Positions 28,548 through 37,643 of a stretch of DNA of 64,000 nucleotides are shown piece after piece; positions within the stretch are counted from its first letter, which is position 1; the number at the start of each line of letters is the position of its first letter. Under the pieces are notes generated by a model. That model was given only the letters and a program-made list of their open reading frames with translations. It did not search any database and had not been told where the DNA came from. Position numbers and translations under genes: made by a program. The stretch spans positions 1 to 64,000 of the IMG/VR virus record IMGVR_UViG_3300025276_000027; one strand, written 5' to 3'. This stretch comes from a virus.

Positions 28548-31500
28548 TTACATACCCATCTTTCCACTATAAAATGGAAATGATTTTGGTAACTTTTTTA
28601 TTTCTTTTCCTTTTTTAAGCTGTACATTTGATCCAGGATATCCAGGAATACCACGTTGTTGCATATCAGCTTGACCCTTTGTAGTTCCAATAGCAGGTAT
28701 ACTACTATTACCTAAAGATAAATACCTATCTAAAAAAGCAGCATCTATCTTTTGATCTGCCGGTAAATTCTTTCTTAGCTTAGTATATGCATTTAAAAAA
28801 GCTTCTTGTTGATCTACCTGATTTGATTTGTATAATTGCTGACCATTTTCAGTAAACTCTACATCACCATCCTCTTGTGGGTTAATATTATAATAAGGAT
28901 ATAATGTGTTTAAATTATTAGTAGTTGATGCATTAGTTATCATTGCATTAAAGAGTTCATTGTTTTTAGCAATTTTTTCATTGTCAAAATTTGTTTTATT
29001 TTGCAATGCTAACACTGTATCATCATATAAACCTTTGTCAATAGCCTTATTTCTCATATCTGTTTGTGCTTTCATTTGAGCATCCATAGATGCAGCACGG
29101 TTCATGAATTGAAGGTTTGTTCTGTTTGTTGTCTCCTGTGCTTGTGTTATAGCATTTAAACTTTTTCCTTGAACATTATTTCTTGCTATTGCTTGAGGAC
29201 CACCATAAGCGCCTAATGCATTTACCATAGTGTTTTGTGCTCCCATGATTGCATTAACTTTACCAGTATAATCATCTAATACATAATCAATTTTCTGTTC
29301 ATCAAGTTTAGGTGACCAAGGTAAATACAAATCATCTTGTATAGCTGCTAAAGCCATTAAGTTATTTTGATCTTGTCTCCATACTTCTTTTACAGGACCA
29401 GGTGTATTTTCTATCTCTGTAGTTGTAATCTTTTCTGGTTCTTTAGGTAAATCAATAAAGCCTTCTTGTTCTGCTACAAAGTCTACATCAAATCCAGGAG
29501 CATTAAATACTTTTGTTCCCGCTTTTCCATCAGCCTTAGATGCAGTTTCCCCACTTCCAAAATAAGATCTATACGGTGCACCTACTTTTTTATAGAATTT
29601 CTTTCTTTCTTCTTCATATAAATTTTGAAACTTTAACCATTGAGGGTCTTTCTTTCCTTTATTATAATCAAAGCCTTCTATTTTTGCAGCTATCTTACCA
29701 TTCCTTCTCATCCAATCTTCCTTGGCTGCATCTGATGCATATGCGTCTGAACCATACCAACTATCCTGATTACCTGTAGAATATTGTTTTACAGGTATTT
29801 TACCATCAGCGTACATCCCATAATCAAAATAACCTATATCTGATGAATTAATTACATCACCAGCACCCCTTTCATCATCACTATATATTGGATCTCCTAT
29901 TTCAGATGAACCAATTATATCTATTGATGTAGTATCTTCATTACCTTTTTTACCTTCAAAGTTAGAAGATGGTCCTTTATAATATCTTAATTTACCATCA
30001 TCAGTTACATTAAATGTAAACCCTTGAGATTGTTTTTGTTTAATAAGGTTATAGGTATCACTTCCTACTGGAAAATATGACAATGGATCACCACTATTAT
30101 TAGATGATGGTTTTTGTTTTATTTCTTCTATGTTATTATTAACTTCAGTTATTACTTCTTCAGACTGAGTATTATTAACGCTACTATAAGTTTCATTAAA
30201 TACTTCTTCTGTAATGCTTAAATCTCCAGTAGTATTCCTATTTTTATCATCAAACACATCATAATCTTCTATATTAACTAAAGCTTTACCATACATTTTA
30301 ATCTCATCATCAGATAAACCTTCTATAAATTCTGAACTTACTTCACCATCAAAATTTCTATGCATGTTACCTCTAATCATTCTATCAACATATGCAGCTC
30401 TATCAACAGGTTGCCCATTTATTTGATAGTTTGTATTACCGGTTAGTACTTGTGAACCATCTGATAAATTCATAACAGTATCAGATGCATTATTATTTTC
30501 TCCTACTGTTTCTTCTTCTGTTTCTAAACCTTCTTGTATTTGAGGTCTAACCAGTTTACCTTCACTATCAAAAGTAACTTGTTCTATTTCAACATATTCA
30601 CCATCTTTAAACTGATAACCTTGACCTGTGTTTTTATTTAGATAATACTTACCTTCTTCAGCTAGTCTAGTTGGAGGTATAAAATATGTACCAGGTTCAG
30701 TGTTAAGAACTCTGAAACGTGCATCTTCTTCATCTACTGTTTCATATACTATTTCTTCACCTGCTTGTGCTCTCTTTAAAAAGTCTGACATTTCATTACC
30801 AAACCTAGCCATAGGCATTATATCATTATTTGCTTGAGCAAGTTGCATTTGATTAGCAGAATCTATTGGTGGTGCTTGCATATTTTGTGGAGGCATAACT
30901 TCCTGTTGTTCAGATTGAGATATCATCTGCTGTAACATCCTTAACTGATCTTGTTCTTCTTGTGGTAATTTATCTATTGCATTTTGTTGAGCTTGCTGCA
31001 TAGATATTTGTTCAACACTAGCTGTAAACTCTAATGGATTTAAACCTTGAGATACTAAAAAAGGATGTGATGCTAAAGGAACACCATCCTCAAAATTCTT
31101 TTTTGCTTCTTGCATAAAAGATAATTTAGAAAGATCCTCCATGTTTTTCTTTAACATTAATTCAGCACTTCTAGAAGAAATGTTATCTGAAAATTGTGAA
31201 TTTAGTTCACCATAAAAATCATTTAATCCAAACTTTTTAGAAATTTTAGCTGGTGTCTTTTTAGATCCACCCATATCAAACTCAGCCATCTCATTTTTAG
31301 TAAATTTTAATTTAGGTGTATCAGAATAAATAAAAGACTGTTCAGGTAAAAACATAGGTACACCACCTTGTGAGTGTCTTGGACCTGTAATGTTATAAAG
31401 ACCAAAGTCTCCATTGTTATTTAAATCAGATAAAACTGTTTCTCCACCTTCAGCTTCTATATTAGCCTCATCTCTTGGAACACTAGATAAACTATGTCTA

Positions 31501-31688
31501 ACAGATTCATCATTTGTATTATTAAACATTGTTTGTCCATAATATTCTTGTGGGGTTGTTACCAAACCATAATCAGCTTGATCACCAGATCTTAAACTGC
31601 CACCATCTTGCATTACTTGATCTTCAACAACTTTGCCGTCAACAAGTTTAAATCCTTTTGGTAGTTTATTTATTTTAATCTTTGCCAT
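28548..31688 (-). CDS. Virion cargo protein (C1-like, 1046 aa)
   Basis: ANIEAEGGETV...GPRHSQGGVP domain recalled from crAss-like cargo proteins; Q/N-rich linkers; MQDGG and RAQAG motifs. Confidence 0.6.
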   Translation of the reverse strand: MAKIKINKLPKGFKLVDGKVVEDQVMQDGGSLRSGDQADYGLVTTPQEYYGQTMFNNTNDESVRHSLSSVPRDEANIEAEGGETVLSDLNNNGDFGLYNITGPRHSQGGVPMFLPEQSFIYSDTPKLKFTKNEMAEFDMGGSKKTPAKISKKFGLNDFYGELNSQFSDNISSRSAELMLKKNMEDLSKLSFMQEAKKNFEDGVPLASHPFLVSQGLNPLEFTASVEQISMQQAQQNAIDKLPQEEQDQLRMLQQMISQSEQQEVMPPQNMQAPPIDSANQMQLAQANNDIMPMARFGNEMSDFLKRAQAGEEIVYETVDEEDARFRVLNTEPGTYFIPPTRLAEEGKYYLNKNTGQGYQFKDGEYVEIEQVTFDSEGKLVRPQIQEGLETEEETVGENNNASDTVMNLSDGSQVLTGNTNYQINGQPVDRAAYVDRMIRGNMHRNFDGEVSSEFIEGLSDDEIKMYGKALVNIEDYDVFDDKNRNTTGDLSITEEVFNETYSSVNNTQSEEVITEVNNNIEEIKQKPSSNNSGDPLSYFPVGSDTYNLIKQKQSQGFTFNVTDDGKLRYYKGPSSNFEGKKGNEDTTSIDIIGSSEIGDPIYSDDERGAGDVINSSDIGYFDYGMYADGKIPVKQYSTGNQDSWYGSDAYASDAAKEDWMRRNGKIAAKIEGFDYNKGKKDPQWLKFQNLYEEERKKFYKKVGAPYRSYFGSGETASKADGKAGTKVFNAPGFDVDFVAEQEGFIDLPKEPEKITTTEIENTPGPVKEVWRQDQNNLMALAAIQDDLYLPWSPKLDEQKIDYVLDDYTGKVNAIMGAQNTMVNALGAYGGPQAIARNNVQGKSLNAITQAQETTNRTNLQFMNRAASMDAQMKAQTDMRNKAIDKGLYDDTVLALQNKTNFDNEKIAKNNELFNAMITNASTTNNLNTLYPYYNINPQEDGDVEFTENGQQLYKSNQVDQQEAFLNAYTKLRKNLPADQKIDAAFLDRYLSLGNSSIPAIGTTKGQADMQQRGIPGYPGSNVQLKKGKEIKKLPKSFPFYSGKMGM

Positions 31689-31690
31689 AA

Positions 31691-34600
31691 CTATAACATT
31701 TCTATATCAGCTCCCGCTGCAATTAATTTAGCTAACATTTTAGGATCTACATTTACTGTCTCTCCTCCTTTTTTTAACCCTTTCAATTTCATTGCTTGTC
31801 TAATACCAAATTTTGTTATTCCACTAGCATCATCATAAAAAGGTTGTTCATAAACATAATCTCTTACTTCTTCTTTATTTATACCTGATTCTTCTAAATA
31901 TTTTTTAATATCTCTTTTCTTAACGTTACTAAAGAAGTCTATACCTTCACTAATACTGCCAATATTCTGTGCTTCATTATAAATATTAATAATTTCTTCC
32001 TCACTTCCAGGAGATAAGTTAAGTAATTTTTGCATCATAGGATTAGCCATCATACCACTACCTAATACAGTTGCTAAATTAGAACTACCAGGTATTCCTC
32101 CCTGAGCTTTAGATAGTTCTCTTTGTATAACTTTATTTCTATTAGCTAAGTAAGCAGCCTCACCTCTTTCACCACCATATTCATTCTTTGGAAGCATCTT
32201 TAACTTAGATAAATTATCTTTTAAAGACATTTCAAGCGGCTCAATACCCATTGGTTCAAGAGTACTTATAGATTCAGGTGGTATAAAAAATTTACCAGAA
32301 TCTAATTCAGATTGTAAACCAGCTAATTTATCATTTAAATTATTTGTTGAGCCAACATATCTTGTTACTCTTAGTCCTGAATTAGGATCACTAGTATCTT
32401 GAATACCCTTTATTGCATTTAAAGATCTATAGTTAACACCACCATCTACTCTACCACCACTATTTTCCATCATTATAGGAGAACCACTTTCATCATAATC
32501 TCCAGTAAATATCATTGTGTGAGCATTTCCCTCTCCACCAGAAGTACTATAATTAGATACAATTCTATCACCCGGTTGTAAATCTGAATATCCAGCATCC
32601 ATCAATTGCATTTGTAATCCACCTCTATTATTTTCAATCATACCATTTAATTGACTGTTACCAGAAATAATTGGAATTGGTTTGCCATCAGCAGTTGTTG
32701 CACCTGCTGATCTCATTATACCACAACCATAACTTGTACACCCATAACCAGCAGTTGTACCACTTTTTAACCAATTTCTAGTTACTGAAGGTACGGTATC
32801 TAACCCAGATACCTTGTCTCCATACTCGTCCACACTTACATCAAATATAGAACGTTTAATAGTACTATCATCTCCTAGTATCTCTGTTAGTTGCTTTTGA
32901 ATTTCTTCATCATTTTCTCCTTCTTTACTAGTTATAAGTCCACGGTATATTTTATCAATGTTTGATTGATAGCTTAAAAGTCTTTCTTGTTCTGTAGTAA
33001 GCTGACCTTGTGTTGCTGCAATCTCTGCTTCAATCATTGCTTTAGTTCTACGATTATTTAGAGGCGTTTCACCTTTCACTTGATATTCTTCTAAATCACC
33101 TGTAAAAAGTTTTAATGGATTAAATGGATTACCACCCATTTGCATTCTTTTCTGAAAATTGTCTAACTCAAAGTTTTCAGACTGTGATGGTAATTGCATT
33201 AGTTGTGAATTATTAAATAATCTAGTAACTAACATTTTATCATATGAAGAATCTTTCTTAAAGTTTGGTAATTGAAAATCTACTGATTGTTCTGCTAAAG
33301 ATGTTAAGAATTCATACTGTGGAGTCATTGGTACAAACTCTATTTCATTAGCTCCTGTAATAGCATCTAATTGTGCTTTAGTTGGCATACCTGGTATCTG
33401 TTGTCCAGGAACACCCCCACGTTGCATGTTTTGTAATATGTTTGCTTGTGCTTCTGGGGGCAATGCTTTAAATCCAGCATTATTTGTACCACCACCATAC
33501 TTTGATAGTTGAGTATATCCAGTTACTTTATCTGCTTCAGGATATAGACCGCTGTTAATATCAGGGCCTTTACCTCTTTTAAATAAAGGATCGGTTGAAG
33601 TAGCATATGTGTTATCCGCATTTAAGTTGTTTAAAAAATTAATTGCTCTATCATCATCAATCTCATCTTCTAAATAATCATTAACGTTACTTGCTGCTCT
33701 TACTGCAAAAGAACTACCTCTTTTTGCAGCTTTTGCAAACGCTGTATCTGGGAATCTAGATATTCCTCCTAGTATACCACCTGAATCAATATCTATACTT
33801 GGAAAGTTTATATTACCAAATAATGAATCAGCACTCTCTTGATCTTCATCTTCACCTGTTTCCAAAACACTAAAAGTATTTACATATGCTTCATACTCTT
33901 GTGGTGCATTAGCACCAGTTCTCCTAACAGTATCTTGCATAACCCACTCTTTAAAAGTTAATGGTTGCCCACCATTTTGAGCCATGGGTATTGAACTAAA
34001 ACCAGGAGTGTTAATTATAGCATCATATGTACTTTGTGCTGATGTACCTAATTTACTAAGATTTTCCTTAAGCCAATCTTTGCCTTTATTTAGTTTGCTA
34101 TTTATATCATTCTGATTAATCTGCACCTTATCTTTAAGGTTAGGTAAATTACCTCCGTTTGGATTTTCTATATTATATTGTGTTAAATAATCATTTACAG
34201 CCTTTACATTTTCTTCTGAATCATCTACATTTATATTATAAACTGAATTAGCATATTTATTTGCTTGATTAGCTGCAGCATCTGCTGCTAAAGTATCAGG
34301 AGCACTTTGTATACCAGTAAATAATTCTCCTGCTAAACCAACTGCTTCACCAAAAGACCATCTTTTTCCACTATGAAACATATTAGGTGAAACATAAAAA
34401 GGATTTGTAACATCACCATTATCTACTTTTACCTCTTCTTTATTTATTACATCTCCCTTATTATTTTTTATAACAGTATTACCTTTGTTAGCAAATTGAT
34501 TAGCTAAATCAAGTATTTCTTGGCCTGTTTCTGCTTTATCAGTATAGCCAGCTTCTTCAAGTCTAAGTTGTGTTTCTATATCCTTAGCTCTTATCTTTCT

Positions 34601-35614
34601 TTTACCCTTATACATAAAGCGTGGTTCAAACGCACCACCTGCTTTAAATTGAAGTTCTTCAGATTCAGGAGGAAATAATGGTTTATCTTTTTTTGATGGA
34701 TTTATTAAAGGTAAATTTTTATAAACTTGTTTTAAAGAATCCACCTCAGATTGTCTAGGATATATATTGTCACTAAACATATTATTATCTTTGTCTTCCC
34801 ATTCACGCTTAAGGTTTTGTGCATTCCTCCAATTTTGATATTGTGTTGGAAATTGTTGTTCTTTACTTGCGTTATTTTGATTTATTATATTTTGTTCAGC
34901 ATCAGTATTACCAAATTGATTTACTGCAGGTGAAGAACCACCTTGTTGTTTAAATCTTGGATCTAAAGTGTACTTTCTATTAGGGGCATTATAAGAACCT
35001 TCTCTTTGTCTTACTCCTTCTGTATAGCCTGTTCCTCCACCTTCTTGTTTTTTAAACTTAGCAGCATTCTTTGCAAAATTAGCCATCTTAACTATAGATG
35101 GGGGGTATCTATCTTTATTAGACATAACCTTCCTAGCTGCTTCTTGAACGCTCATACCACGTGCCTTAGCCCATGCTGTAAACTTACCTTTATTTTCAGG
35201 TTTAATCTCTATCCCAGATTTAGCCATTTCAACAGGATCTATATTTATATCTAATCCTTCTTGTCCTTCTTGTATGTCTTGTTGTCTTGCTAACTGTTGA
35301 GGGTCTTGATTTATTTGTTGAGGTGTTGGATCAGCAGGTTGTTGTTGTTGTTGAATATTTTGAAATAAAAGTTCTAGATCTTTCTCTTGATAACCTATTG
35401 CCATAAGTGCTTGTACAATAGTATTTTGATCTACTTCTTGTTCAATTAACCCCATTACAACTTCTTCAGGTTTACCTCCTTGGTCAATGGATTCTTTAAA
35501 AAACATGCTAATTTGTTGAATAGCAGGATCAACCTTTGGTTGTTGTTGCATACCAGGTTGTTGAGGAATCATTTGTCCACCTTGCTGTTTTACACTTTTT
35601 TTGTTTAAATCCAT
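31691..35614 (-). CDS. Modular virion cargo protein with NlpC/P60-like cysteine peptidase domain (1307 aa)
   Basis: GYGCTSYGC...LQPGDRIV...AHTMIFTG...MMENSGG (Cys 32738-32740, His 32519-32521); basic IEIKPENKGKFT...ANFAKNA module; about 14 x-[QAK]-x-G(G) motifs. Confidence 0.7.
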   Translation of the reverse strand: MDLNKKSVKQQGGQMIPQQPGMQQQPKVDPAIQQISMFFKESIDQGGKPEEVVMGLIEQEVDQNTIVQALMAIGYQEKDLELLFQNIQQQQQPADPTPQQINQDPQQLARQQDIQEGQEGLDINIDPVEMAKSGIEIKPENKGKFTAWAKARGMSVQEAARKVMSNKDRYPPSIVKMANFAKNAAKFKKQEGGGTGYTEGVRQREGSYNAPNRKYTLDPRFKQQGGSSPAVNQFGNTDAEQNIINQNNASKEQQFPTQYQNWRNAQNLKREWEDKDNNMFSDNIYPRQSEVDSLKQVYKNLPLINPSKKDKPLFPPESEELQFKAGGAFEPRFMYKGKRKIRAKDIETQLRLEEAGYTDKAETGQEILDLANQFANKGNTVIKNNKGDVINKEEVKVDNGDVTNPFYVSPNMFHSGKRWSFGEAVGLAGELFTGIQSAPDTLAADAAANQANKYANSVYNINVDDSEENVKAVNDYLTQYNIENPNGGNLPNLKDKVQINQNDINSKLNKGKDWLKENLSKLGTSAQSTYDAIINTPGFSSIPMAQNGGQPLTFKEWVMQDTVRRTGANAPQEYEAYVNTFSVLETGEDEDQESADSLFGNINFPSIDIDSGGILGGISRFPDTAFAKAAKRGSSFAVRAASNVNDYLEDEIDDDRAINFLNNLNADNTYATSTDPLFKRGKGPDINSGLYPEADKVTGYTQLSKYGGGTNNAGFKALPPEAQANILQNMQRGGVPGQQIPGMPTKAQLDAITGANEIEFVPMTPQYEFLTSLAEQSVDFQLPNFKKDSSYDKMLVTRLFNNSQLMQLPSQSENFELDNFQKRMQMGGNPFNPLKLFTGDLEEYQVKGETPLNNRRTKAMIEAEIAATQGQLTTEQERLLSYQSNIDKIYRGLITSKEGENDEEIQKQLTEILGDDSTIKRSIFDVSVDEYGDKVSGLDTVPSVTRNWLKSGTTAGYGCTSYGCGIMRSAGATTADGKPIPIISGNSQLNGMIENNRGGLQMQLMDAGYSDLQPGDRIVSNYSTSGGEGNAHTMIFTGDYDESGSPIMMENSGGRVDGGVNYRSLNAIKGIQDTSDPNSGLRVTRYVGSTNNLNDKLAGLQSELDSGKFFIPPESISTLEPMGIEPLEMSLKDNLSKLKMLPKNEYGGERGEAAYLANRNKVIQRELSKAQGGIPGSSNLATVLGSGMMANPMMQKLLNLSPGSEEEIINIYNEAQNIGSISEGIDFFSNVKKRDIKKYLEESGINKEEVRDYVYEQPFYDDASGITKFGIRQAMKLKGLKKGGETVNVDPKMLAKLIAAGADIEML

Positions 35615-35633
35615 TTCACTAATATTATATTAT

Positions 35634-35644
35634 TAATATACAAA
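35634..35644 (-). promoter_or_regulatory. Putative late promoter motif TTTGTATATTA
   Basis: TAATATACAAA on +, about 20 nt upstream of the 35614 start; recurs in several intergenic gaps. Confidence 0.55.
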
Positions 35645-35675
35645 TTCTCTAGGAGATTTGCTAATCTTTAAAGGT

Positions 35676-37643
35676 TTAAGAGTTTGAAATTATATAAGAT
35701 GCAATAAAATTAGTAACACCAATTCCACGTTCTTTTGCATCTTTATAATACATTCTATTTAGTTTATCATATACTTTTTTAGCATACTGACTTTCATCTT
35801 CTCCATTTATATAATTCATGTATGTTTTACTTACATCTTCAGTTGATCCTCCATCTTGTTGAATTTGTATAAATCCATTACGTTGAATTTGTGGTGAAAA
35901 TTCTTCGGGAGGATCTGGTGCAAATACTTTACCATCTGCAAATACTCCTGATTTATATTTTTCTACTAATTTATTAATTGTATCTTTTTCATTTAAATTT
36001 TGATTCCCAACTAATGATCCTACATAATTATTATATATATCTTGTAGTGACTCTTTGCCTTTTATTGACCAAGGGCGTTCATCTTTTCCAATAGTTACTG
36101 CTTCATGACCTATTCCAGCTAAATTTGAACCAATAAACCCTGCTGCATTATCAACACCAAAAAAATCTAATACACCACCTACATAAGGAATATCTCTTAC
36201 TTTTTGTTGTAGAACTTTAGATGTTTTTGCAGAAGATGATGAATGTCTTAATGGATCCATTCCTTCATTTATTAAATCTTTTGTTTCTTGATATATAGGA
36301 TTTGCCACATTCCAATCTGCTTGTTGTTTTCTAAGTGCAACAACTCTTTTATCCATTTCAAAGTCCCTTCCCCTTTTCAAACCATTATCATAATCTTTAT
36401 CTCTATATTCTTGATAAATAGTAGCAATCTGGTTTTCTATATTTTCATCAAAATCATGAAATGTTTTCATTTGATCTTCTGAGAGTATTTGGCCAATATT
36501 ATTTATTTTACCCATACTATAACCTAACCACTCATTTACATCTTTTTCTGCATCTCTTAATGAATAATCATATGAACTACCTTTTTGTCCATCTAAGTTT
36601 ATACTATCTTGAGCTTTAGGTAATGTTTTAACTTTACCGTTCTTAGTTCTAGCATATCTATTTGATTCTGTTTCCATGCTAGGAATAAGTGAACCTGAAT
36701 ATGATTTACCTTTCCATTTCCAACTTACTGAGCCACCTCCTTTTTTCTTTTGAATATATTTTCCTGAATCTTTATCTTTTTCTACATATATTCTATCATA
36801 TATTTCAAAAGGTTTAGTTAAACCTAATTTCTCACCAAAGTTTATATTACCACCTAAACCTCCGGCTTGGTCAAACTTATCATAATAAGATATATACATA
36901 CCATTTTCATCTTCCCCAAATCCTGTAAAATAATTACCAATAGCATTTAATTGGTGATCATCAATATCATTTACTTCTTTATAGCCTGTAACTTTATAAT
37001 TATTTTTATCTAGTTGTTTTTCATTATCATTTACATCCAGTATTAAATCAGGTTTAGTTTCATTGGTATAAAAATTTCCATTACTAACTCTATTATAATT
37101 ATCTATAACTTCTTGAACAAGTTGTTGATTTTTATTTAGTGATATATATTTAGCATCTGGATCTTTTGCTTTTGTAGGTTTAGTATTACTAACTTGAAGA
37201 ATATTATCTTCTAATGGTCTACCAGAATAGTATCTATATAAGTCAGCCAATCTACTGTTATGATGTTGATGATTTGCAAAATCTCCTGCAGCTAAAGCAC
37301 TTAAAAAAGGAATACCTTTAAAATCTCTAAATTCTCCATTACCTCCCTGTGCCATAGGTATTTCAAGTACTTGATCTCCTGGAAAACTATAATTTGTACC
37401 AGGTGTCATTACTTCTTTATTGCCTAAATTATCTATACCAAGTAAAGGTCCTTTTTTTAATGGGCTACCATCATTTTCACTCATGCTAATATTACCTGAC
37501 TCAATAAGATTAACTGAATTGTTTTTATCAGGACTATCATATCTATATCCCTCAACAGAAGCAATACCTGTAACATATGTTATATCTTCATTAGGTCCTC
37601 CGGGTAATCCACGGCTTTTTATGTAATTAAAATCTTCTCTCAT
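35676..37643 (-). CDS. Modular virion cargo protein with DUF6973-like domain (655 aa)
   Basis: Segments separated by MAQGG, KKKGGG, KAQD and QQDGG; DPLRH...GHE...DIYNNYVG motif; start overlaps the muzzle stop by 1 nt. Confidence 0.55.
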   Translation of the reverse strand: MREDFNYIKSRGLPGGPNEDITYVTGIASVEGYRYDSPDKNNSVNLIESGNISMSENDGSPLKKGPLLGIDNLGNKEVMTPGTNYSFPGDQVLEIPMAQGGNGEFRDFKGIPFLSALAAGDFANHQHHNSRLADLYRYYSGRPLEDNILQVSNTKPTKAKDPDAKYISLNKNQQLVQEVIDNYNRVSNGNFYTNETKPDLILDVNDNEKQLDKNNYKVTGYKEVNDIDDHQLNAIGNYFTGFGEDENGMYISYYDKFDQAGGLGGNINFGEKLGLTKPFEIYDRIYVEKDKDSGKYIQKKKGGGSVSWKWKGKSYSGSLIPSMETESNRYARTKNGKVKTLPKAQDSINLDGQKGSSYDYSLRDAEKDVNEWLGYSMGKINNIGQILSEDQMKTFHDFDENIENQIATIYQEYRDKDYDNGLKRGRDFEMDKRVVALRKQQADWNVANPIYQETKDLINEGMDPLRHSSSSAKTSKVLQQKVRDIPYVGGVLDFFGVDNAAGFIGSNLAGIGHEAVTIGKDERPWSIKGKESLQDIYNNYVGSLVGNQNLNEKDTINKLVEKYKSGVFADGKVFAPDPPEEFSPQIQRNGFIQIQQDGGSTEDVSKTYMNYINGEDESQYAKKVYDKLNRMYYKDAKERGIGVTNFIASYIISNS

